Positions 56,788-64,000 of a stretch of DNA of 64,000 nt are shown here, one piece after another. Source of the stretch: a virus (lineage: Duplodnaviria; Caudoviricetes); the IMG/VR virus record IMGVR_UViG_2816332320_000003, positions 64,001 to 128,000 of that record; one strand, 5' to 3'. Made by a program: the position numbers and the translations under genes. Numbering within the stretch: position 1 is the stretch's first letter; each line of letters opens with the position of its first letter. Below the pieces are notes generated by a model. It was not told the origin of the DNA, searched no databases, and was given only the letters and a program-made list of their open reading frames with translations.

Positions 56788-58386
56788 GTGAAAAACTTTG
56801 TGTCTTCAACAGAACTTGTATCTCAATTAGACCAGAACACGTTTGTAATCACAGCTCAAGAGAACGAAAAACAAATTCTTGAAAAAGCCATTTATGATTA
56901 CAATAACAACTCAAATTTCCGTTCCACCTACTTTAACGAAAGCTCTACTCTAATCAATTTTAAAATTGAAGATATTGACCGCCTCGCTCTTAATGCACAG
57001 TCAAACCTTAACAATATTATTCAAATCAATAACATCGTTAGATATTATGTAAATAAGAATGATATTCTAGGTAAAGTTTACGAAGCAATCGAAACAAACG
57101 TTAACTCAGATTGGACTTTAAGTTATCCAAATTATTCGGAAGATAAAAAAGATATCTATGAAGAAGTAGACAATCTAATTAAGGATTTCAATGAGAAAAT
57201 TGGTTTGAGTAAATTGATTACTGAATCCATACCAATGACATATCTAGAAGGTAACTATGCAATTTATCTACGGAAAGATGCTGATAATCAACGTTATCAA
57301 GTTGACTACTACCCTCTTGGTATATGTGAAGTTGCAGATTATGAGGTTGCAAGCGAACCTTATGTTCTGATCAATATTAAAGAATTGGAATCAAGGCTAA
57401 GGAAGATATATAAAAAAAACAAAAGCAATAAACCATTGTTCTACAAGGACATGGACGAAGAAATCAAAGACACATATCCGAACGAGGTTTATGAGGCTTA
57501 TTCAAATAAAGAAACATTTGCAAAGCTGGACATTGAAAAATCAGGTCTGATTCGAATCAATAATCTAAAACGAAAATATGGTCTTTCCCCTATTTTTAGA
57601 GCTTTAAAGTCTTCTATCCGCTTGGAGAATATCGAGTTGTCTGATGATAAGAATACTCTTGTACGTGGTAAAAAGATCATTTTTCAAAAGCTGATTAAAG
57701 AGTTGGTTACACAAGGTAATTTGCCTAATATTACTTGGAGTTCAGCACAAGCTAAGGCTCATGTTGATCTAATGGCAGCGTTAAACAGCAAAGGTACTAG
57801 TGTCTTTACAGGAACTCCTTGGACAGAAAAGATTGAGTACATTGAGCCAAAACTGGAGCAAACCAATGTTCAAATCAAGAACCAATACAGGCAAGAAATA
57901 ATGACAAGTGTTGGTATTGCCTATCTGAATTCTGCTGACAAAGGCTATGGTAGCTCAAAGATTAGCATTGAAGAATTAATGAAGATGATTAACAAGATCG
58001 GTGAACAGTTAGAATCGATTTTAGTTAAGTGGTATAAAGGCATCCTTATTGATAATGGCATTGATCCCAAATACTGCCCCAAAATTAAGGTAATTGACTC
58101 TGAAAAGCTGAGTGTGGAATTGTCTATGAATTTGGCTCGCATGCTTAACACAGAGATGAATGCCTCATTAACAACCACTTATAAAGTTATTGGACTAGAT
58201 GTTAAAACCGAAGCCAAACTGAGACAGCAAGAGAAAGAAATGGGATACGAAGCTATATTTGCCCCACGGCAAACAGCTTATACCAATAACGGTAATAGTG
58301 AAAATGATGTTGGACGCCCTTCGGATTCTGATGATGTTGATAAACAAGATTATGACACTGATTATAATAAAAATGTAGGTAGGTAA
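56788..58386 (+). CDS. portal protein (YonE-like)
   Basis: position after terL, YGLSPIFRAL motif, 532 aa. Confidence 0.75.
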   Translation: MKNFVSSTELVSQLDQNTFVITAQENEKQILEKAIYDYNNNSNFRSTYFNESSTLINFKIEDIDRLALNAQSNLNNIIQINNIVRYYVNKNDILGKVYEAIETNVNSDWTLSYPNYSEDKKDIYEEVDNLIKDFNEKIGLSKLITESIPMTYLEGNYAIYLRKDADNQRYQVDYYPLGICEVADYEVASEPYVLINIKELESRLRKIYKKNKSNKPLFYKDMDEEIKDTYPNEVYEAYSNKETFAKLDIEKSGLIRINNLKRKYGLSPIFRALKSSIRLENIELSDDKNTLVRGKKIIFQKLIKELVTQGNLPNITWSSAQAKAHVDLMAALNSKGTSVFTGTPWTEKIEYIEPKLEQTNVQIKNQYRQEIMTSVGIAYLNSADKGYGSSKISIEELMKMINKIGEQLESILVKWYKGILIDNGIDPKYCPKIKVIDSEKLSVELSMNLARMLNTEMNASLTTTYKVIGLDVKTEAKLRQQEKEMGYEAIFAPRQTAYTNNGNSENDVGRPSDSDDVDKQDYDTDYNKNVGR

Positions 58387-58394
58387 TGTAAGCC

Positions 58395-58550
58395 ATGCAT
58401 CAAATCAAAAAGACAGTATGTCCGTGTTGTAATGAGTCTTTGCAGATCCTAGTTAATGAAGACGATTGCATAGAATTGACTTTAGTTACAGATTCATTGG
58501 CTGAACCATCGAAAGAAACTCTTGAGTCTCTTCGTATTGAATTTGGATAA
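58395..58550 (+). CDS. 51-aa CPCC-containing protein (not in ORF track)
   Basis: MHQIKKTVCPCCNESLQILV... Confidence 0.5.
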   Translation: MHQIKKTVCPCCNESLQILVNEDDCIELTLVTDSLAEPSKETLESLRIEFG

Positions 58551-58587
58551 TTTATTCTCTTTAGAAAGGTGGTGAATAAACAACGTA

Positions 58588-60087
58588 ATGGATCGAATTA
58601 AATTAGATAGTTATTTTCCTGTTTTTTTAAGTGAAGATAGTTCAAGTGATTGCGCTGACGCAAAATTTATCATCTGTGACTTCTCCCCTAACGCTAATGA
58701 TGTTTCGTTAAATCGGGACACAATCGAAGATTGGTTAGACACGCTAGTTAACAAGCCAGTGGTTGGTAAAGTAATCAAAAAAATCGGTGGAAAAGACGAT
58801 TTCTCTGGTCATAATGCTCGAATCATTGAAGAAACAGATGAAGATGGTAATATCATCAAATCTGTTGAATTTGACACCGATGCATTTGGTACATTCTATA
58901 GCGTTGGGATAGAAACAATTGATGACATTGAGTATATTGTAGCACAGGCAAAAATTTGGAAGAGATTTAAAAGAGCATACAAAGTCTTCGAACAACGAGC
59001 TAAAAGTAAAAAAGGAATTAAAACGTCTTGGGAAATTAACGTAAATGAATCTCATTCTGAAAAAATAAAAAATAAGAATATCAAGGTTATTGATTCAGGG
59101 TTTTTTATTGGACATGCGGTTCTTGGTGCAGATGTGCAACCTGCCTACAAAAGTAGTGGACTGATTAATGTCGCAAGCGAACTAGAAGATACTGAATTGG
59201 CTGAGGCTCTCTCGCAGGATATTCTGGCTTTAACCGAAAAGAATGAAACAAATAGTACATCATCCAAAGACAATGAATCATTATACAGTGAAGGAGGAAA
59301 TGAACAAGTGGATAAAGGTAAAAATCTTAACACCTCTGCTCTCACAGAGAATGATGTTTATCGAAAAGTAAGAAAAGCAATTAACAGCACCACTCAAGAA
59401 AAATACTACTATATGTCAATGATCTACCCTTACGAATATAGAGCTATTGCATATGACTGGAATAGAGATAAAGACTCTGACTTTATTGAGTTTACTTACA
59501 GCGTTAATTCTGATGATACTATAAGTATTACTAGCCAGAAACAAGTTGAGATGGTATTTGTACCAAAAGCCGCTGTAGACACTCAAGTGTCAGAGCTTCA
59601 AGAAAAGCTGGCAGAAGCAGAAAGTCAAATAGCCGAGGCTGGAAAATCATTGACAGAGATTTCCAAGCAAAAAGAACAATTAGAAACCACCATTTCTGAA
59701 CTAGCTCCTTATAAGGTAAAAGTAGAGGAAATGGAACAAGCGGAACAGCAACGAGTATTAGCTGAGAAGAAGGATGAACTAAAAACTTTTGCTCTTGATG
59801 CTGATCTGATCACTTCCGAAGAATTGGAACAAGATGAAGAATTGTCTACTATCTTTTCAGAGCTAACCCTTGAGAACCTTGAGTCAAGTCAGAGTAAAAT
59901 TGAAGTTATTAAGGGTCGTCGTGCAATTGAAAAATTCAAGCATAACAAGAATGACACAACTAATACCCAAGACTTTGAGACTAGTAGCAAAAATGACTTT
60001 AAAGCTGTCAAATCAACACTTAACAACGGTGATGGAGATGGCGTTCTAACAGCGTCCCAAATTGTTAAAGGGTTCTTGGGTAAATAA
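58588..60087 (+). CDS. prohead protease/scaffold fusion (YonD-like)
   Basis: N-terminal protease-like domain (FSGH, TSWEI, QPAY) and C-terminal coiled coil; precedes capsid genes. Confidence 0.75.
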   Translation: MDRIKLDSYFPVFLSEDSSSDCADAKFIICDFSPNANDVSLNRDTIEDWLDTLVNKPVVGKVIKKIGGKDDFSGHNARIIEETDEDGNIIKSVEFDTDAFGTFYSVGIETIDDIEYIVAQAKIWKRFKRAYKVFEQRAKSKKGIKTSWEINVNESHSEKIKNKNIKVIDSGFFIGHAVLGADVQPAYKSSGLINVASELEDTELAEALSQDILALTEKNETNSTSSKDNESLYSEGGNEQVDKGKNLNTSALTENDVYRKVRKAINSTTQEKYYYMSMIYPYEYRAIAYDWNRDKDSDFIEFTYSVNSDDTISITSQKQVEMVFVPKAAVDTQVSELQEKLAEAESQIAEAGKSLTEISKQKEQLETTISELAPYKVKVEEMEQAEQQRVLAEKKDELKTFALDADLITSEELEQDEELSTIFSELTLENLESSQSKIEVIKGRRAIEKFKHNKNDTTNTQDFETSSKNDFKAVKSTLNNGDGDGVLTASQIVKGFLGK

Positions 60088-60116
60088 TATTTAATATTCA
60101 TTTAGGAGGAACAATT

Positions 60117-60581
60117 ATGCTACGTAATGTAATTACTGGTTCTAAAACAACAGAAATCTATAAAGTCGGTTCAGACGTAAAACGTGGTACTGTAGTAACT
60201 AAAAATATTGGAACAAAAGTTGCAGATAAGGCATCTGATGTTGCAGTTGATACCTATTTGGTTGATTTTGACTCCCAGCCTATGGGTCACTTGAGTGATG
60301 TTGAAATCTCTGCCTATGAAGATGCTATGGATACTGTAAAAGCTAATACATATGCTGTCCTCGTAAAGCCAGCGGTAGGCACACAATGGGCAATTGATCA
60401 AATCGTAGCCACTGGTCTTAATGCAGGTGACTATCTAGTCGCTGGTACAGCAGGAAATGCAGGCAAACTTGTTAAAGCTACAGCAGGTAAAATTTCGATC
60501 TACAAATATGTCGGTCAATACATTGATGGAACTAAAACACTTCATCAATTTGAAGTTGTATATCCAGTTACAGTTGCCTAA
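60117..60581 (+). CDS. head decoration/cement protein (YonC-like)
   Basis: 154 aa beta-rich, between scaffold and capsid. Confidence 0.55.
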   Translation: MLRNVITGSKTTEIYKVGSDVKRGTVVTKNIGTKVADKASDVAVDTYLVDFDSQPMGHLSDVEISAYEDAMDTVKANTYAVLVKPAVGTQWAIDQIVATGLNAGDYLVAGTAGNAGKLVKATAGKISIYKYVGQYIDGTKTLHQFEVVYPVTVA

Positions 60582-60607
60582 CTATATCATTAAGGAGGAT
60601 TTAGAAC

Positions 60608-61612
60608 ATGTCTAAACTATTTAACACTGAAATTTCTTCAGCTATGCAAGAAAAAAATATCATTGAGCTTTCTCAAAGACATAAAAATAATCAACTCGAT
60701 GCAAGTGATAAAGAAATGATTGAAGTACTGGATGTATTCGCTAAGGAAATTGGTACATCTGGCAAAACATCTGAAAACACTACCTTGATTTCTGAGTTAA
60801 TTAAGCGAACTGTAGAACCCCTAGTATTCCAACCTGATACAAGCATTTTGTCAAATATCTTTAATATGGGTTCCATCGGTGAATTTGATGAAACTGTGTA
60901 CACAGGACTACCCAAGAACACCATTAAGGCATATGATGCAGTTCGAGGTGGCAACGTACCTAAAAGCTATGTTGATCCAAGTATTTTCCAACCAATTAAA
61001 CATAAACTTCAAGTTGAAACTGAGTTGAATTATTCCGATCTGCGTAGAAATGGCTGGAAATCTATCGCTAAGATGACTGAATTCACTCGTGAAGCATTTG
61101 AGCAAGAGATGTTTAATCGTCTATTTGCTGGTGTTGATGCTGCGCTCGACTCACTTACGGGTGAACAGAATATCGACACAGGTTCCGCTCTTACTCAAAC
61201 TAATGCTGAGACTCTTGCTCGTTATCTCCGTGATATGTCTGAAGGTAATCCATTTATGATTGGACTGTCCAAGTACATCGATGGTATGGCTCGTATGAGT
61301 GGTTATGAAACTTATCTAAGTAACGATCTTAAAGATGAGTTGAATCGCGTGGGTCGCCTTGCAATGTTTGACGGTGTGCGCCTCTCCTCTGTCCCAACCG
61401 CTAAAAAGACTACAAAAGGAAACACACTTATTCCAGACAAGCGTATCTTCGGTATTGCTGGTATCATTGGCGATGCACAAATGCGTGGTGAAATGCGTCT
61501 TTATGAGACTTATGACAACAATGCTGAAAAGGTTGATTTGAAATTTACAGGGTATGATTTCGAATACACTATCTACTACCTTGATAAACTTTCTCGTATT
61601 GCCTTTTCTTAA
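60608..61612 (+). CDS. major capsid protein (YonB-like)
   Basis: 334 aa, strong RBS, position, downstream terminator near 61632-61670. Confidence 0.8.
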   Translation: MSKLFNTEISSAMQEKNIIELSQRHKNNQLDASDKEMIEVLDVFAKEIGTSGKTSENTTLISELIKRTVEPLVFQPDTSILSNIFNMGSIGEFDETVYTGLPKNTIKAYDAVRGGNVPKSYVDPSIFQPIKHKLQVETELNYSDLRRNGWKSIAKMTEFTREAFEQEMFNRLFAGVDAALDSLTGEQNIDTGSALTQTNAETLARYLRDMSEGNPFMIGLSKYIDGMARMSGYETYLSNDLKDELNRVGRLAMFDGVRLSSVPTAKKTTKGNTLIPDKRIFGIAGIIGDAQMRGEMRLYETYDNNAEKVDLKFTGYDFEYTIYYLDKLSRIAFS

Positions 61613-61686
61613 TTATATTGACTAAATTATTGGGGGCAATCTTTTAATTAAGTTTCGCCCTTTTTCTTTTTTGGGAGGATAACCAA

Positions 61687-62424
61687 ATGTCGTTAGATAT
61701 TTTAAATGGAAAGATCAGAGTGCTGAATTATGAACAATCCCCTGTTGGATTCCCTAGTCAGCACAACCAGCAAGGTGCTTTCATTCGAGGTCGAGACGAA
61801 CATGAAGACTTTGTTATTGAACGAGTTGCATTTGATGATATCGAAATTGAGAATAGCAAATCAGACCTTTTCAAAGTGGGACGCCTCCGGTTTCATCCTG
61901 ATGAGGAAGATGAGATTTATCTCAAACTAGGCATTGAGGACAAAGAAAACATCCTAAGTGATAAGCAATTATTTGATTTGCTAATGAATGATTCCATTGA
62001 TGTTATTAAGCGAATTAGCTCCTTGAAGTCATTAAGTCTTTTGACGCGAATGAAATCTAAGTTGTTTACTATGGAGCGAACTGGGAAAATGCCTCCGCAT
62101 ACAATTACTGCCGTGGTAAGTGAGCGGTTAAGTGAATTAAAAAATGGTGGCAAGCGAAATCTAGACAGTGAAATTAATCGAATTATGGAATTGGATAAAA
62201 AAGCACAACAAGAAGGTAAGCTTCAAGAAACGTTAGATCAGCTAATGAAAAAGGTCGAAACTCTTGAACAAGAAACAAAACAAAAAGATGTTCTCCTTTC
62301 AAAATCACAAGCTGCTATAGAAGATCTATTGGCTAAAGTGGATAGTTTGTCAGAGGTTAAACAGGCTGCCAATGCTACGGATGATAATAAAAAGCAAGTT
62401 GGACGACCACCTAAAGACAAGTAG
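61687..62424 (+). CDS. YonA-like protein
   Basis: coiled coil and GRPPK C-terminus after capsid gene. Confidence 0.55.
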   Translation: MSLDILNGKIRVLNYEQSPVGFPSQHNQQGAFIRGRDEHEDFVIERVAFDDIEIENSKSDLFKVGRLRFHPDEEDEIYLKLGIEDKENILSDKQLFDLLMNDSIDVIKRISSLKSLSLLTRMKSKLFTMERTGKMPPHTITAVVSERLSELKNGGKRNLDSEINRIMELDKKAQQEGKLQETLDQLMKKVETLEQETKQKDVLLSKSQAAIEDLLAKVDSLSEVKQAANATDDNKKQVGRPPKDK

Positions 62425-62434
62425 GTGATTTTTA

Positions 62435-62917
62435 GTGTCAACCTCTTATGAACTGTTAACTAAAAAATTCATCGGCAAAATCAAAAATGATGATGACTTC
62501 TTTAATTACGGTAATTTACCTGAATCGGAAATTGAAGAAATGGTTAACTATCATCTTCATTCACTAATTGATCGAGCTGTAGGTTTCATTTACAAATATG
62601 GTGATCCTGATGTCAATTTGTACGACAAAGATGACTCTATGCAACAATTCAACATTGACCTTGTAGTACAGGAAATTGATTTACTATCTGATATCATGTA
62701 TTTTTCTTACATTGAGGAACAACGGAATAAAATCAAGACCTTGAGTTTGACATTTAAAAGCAATGAATTGAATGTCTTCTCCCCTGCCAATGAACGGCGT
62801 ACTACTTTGGATATGATTGAAAAGGTTGAGACATTGACAATAAATGCGGTACAAAATTACTTCGCAAGGGACAGATTAACGTGGAAGTATAAAAGTATCT
62901 ATTTAGGTGACATCTAA
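62435..62917 (+). CDS. putative head-tail adaptor
   Basis: position; FSPAN motif. Confidence 0.55.
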   Translation: MSTSYELLTKKFIGKIKNDDDFFNYGNLPESEIEEMVNYHLHSLIDRAVGFIYKYGDPDVNLYDKDDSMQQFNIDLVVQEIDLLSDIMYFSYIEEQRNKIKTLSLTFKSNELNVFSPANERRTTLDMIEKVETLTINAVQNYFARDRLTWKYKSIYLGDI

Positions 62918-64000
62918 ATGAAGATTGATGAAATCCGCAATTTCAAAAAGTATGTTGAGGGTGGGTCTTTCAATAATGGCTTTCTAGATAAACTTGCAGA
63001 TAGATACTCTCAGCAAAACAGCAGCTCTATCTCCACTTTCGATATCATTTTTAGTTCTAATCGAGTCAATGAGCTAATCAAGGATGGAATTTCTTATAAA
63101 TGTGTTGTTGATTACGGTAACCTTCCATCTAAAGCAAATGTCAAAAGTGCCCAAAGAAGTTTTCATCATGAGGTATGGACAAAGCGTAATGACAACATTA
63201 GGACTGGGGATATTGTTGAGTTCTCTCACGATCCCCTCATAGATAAGAAAACTTTCATTATTATGAACACCTTGAAAACAAGAGATCAATATGATTTAAA
63301 TGTTATGCAAATTACTCAAGGAACCTTGAAATGGTTAAACTCGTCAGGTGTCATTAAGGAAACTCCATTTACTCAAAAATCAACCTCTTCAGCCTATCCT
63401 CTCGAAGAAGATAAAATTATGATTTTATCGAAAGAAAGACGTAACATTCTTGTTCAAGCGAATGAAGATACGCTAGGAATTGACAAAGGTCAACGATTCA
63501 TCTTTGATAGACGCTGCTGGAAGGTTGTTGGGTTTGATGGTTTGACGACTGGACTCCTTGAGTTAACTGTTGAAGAAGACCAAATACATAGTTCTATTGA
63601 CAACCTTGCACTTAGAATTGCTGATTATAATGGTAAGGTAACCGACTACAAGGTTTTAGTGTTGAATGGCTCTACAAACAGTTTAGCTTTAGATGATACA
63701 TTGCAGCTAAATATTCGAGTCACTAACAGAGGATTTGATATCCCCTCCCCACTACTCCACTTCTCTTCATCAGACGATAGTATTGCAACTGTGTCTGAGA
63801 CTGGATTGATTCAAGCGGTTGGTAAGGGAGAAGTAATTGTTCATATCACCTACAAGGACGTATCATCTTCTATTAATATAAATGTAACTGACCGAAGAAC
63901 TTACAATTACACCCTTGATATCATTGGTAGTGATGAGGTTAAAATTAGTAAATCTCAAAAATATCAAGTATCTTTCTTTAATAATGGAGAACCAATTAGT
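62918..64000 (+). CDS. virion head-closure-like protein with Ig-like (Big_2) domain, truncated by window end
   Basis: open frame from ATG 62918; FSSSDDSIATVSETGLIQAVGKGEVIVHITY. Confidence 0.7.
   Translation, partial: MKIDEIRNFKKYVEGGSFNNGFLDKLADRYSQQNSSSISTFDIIFSSNRVNELIKDGISYKCVVDYGNLPSKANVKSAQRSFHHEVWTKRNDNIRTGDIVEFSHDPLIDKKTFIIMNTLKTRDQYDLNVMQITQGTLKWLNSSGVIKETPFTQKSTSSAYPLEEDKIMILSKERRNILVQANEDTLGIDKGQRFIFDRRCWKVVGFDGLTTGLLELTVEEDQIHSSIDNLALRIADYNGKVTDYKVLVLNGSTNSLALDDTLQLNIRVTNRGFDIPSPLLHFSSSDDSIATVSETGLIQAVGKGEVIVHITYKDVSSSININVTDRRTYNYTLDIIGSDEVKISKSQKYQVSFFNNGEPIS

Larger units (their letters stand above)
1..64000. mobile_element. SPbeta-like temperate phage/prophage (internal segment, both ends outside window)
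   Basis: YonO-type RNAP followed by HU, phosphoesterase, terminase, portal, protease, capsid in SPbeta order; arbitrium-like and SroE/SroF-like lysogeny module; no host housekeeping genes. Confidence 0.93.

Noticed and set aside
48001-63289. Minus-strand ORFs over the late operon (e.g. 49075-49551, 51265-51660, 58744-59055)
   Set aside because: Antisense to yonO, HU and structural genes.
1-64000. CRISPR array, tRNA or rRNA genes
   Set aside because: No regularly spaced direct repeats or cloverleaf/rRNA-like sequence seen; the 18-bp palindromes are separated by whole genes.

Overview
The whole 64 kb window lies inside a large, AT-rich SPbeta-like temperate phage/prophage of a Bacillota host (probably Paenibacillaceae/Bacillaceae; no attachment site or host gene is visible). 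Left to right: XRE regulator; SOS-controlled ORF; tubR/tubZ-like partition pair; lysogeny module (catalytically dead tyrosine-recombinase repressor like MrpR/SroF, DGQHR protein like SroE, arbitrium-type HTH-TPR receptor plus an unannotated 31-aa pro-peptide ending DPGGGW); about 36 kb of leftward accessory/early genes (PolY2, YolD, MazF, AbiTii, ComEC-like lipoprotein, DUF4942 methyltransferase, LPD29 protein, HNH/GIY-YIG nucleases, a yonT/yoyJ/SR6-like type I TA); a second, possibly active tyrosine recombinase; then the rightward YonO RNA polymerase, HU, terminase, portal, protease/scaffold, capsid and head-tail genes. Three unannotated sequence layers stand out. (1) About 35 copies of an 18-bp palindrome WTVAAA-N6-TTTBAT sit almost only at gene junctions and often contain the stop codon, giving an integron-like gene-cassette architecture. 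(2) A phage-encoded orphan MazF co-occurs with its canonical target UACAU placed in the translation-initiation regions of at least 8 early genes. (3) A 17-bp oriented box TAAYAWMTAAAAATAWA occurs at 12 promoters. All protein calls come from motif recognition and synteny, not database searches, and novelty could not be verified.
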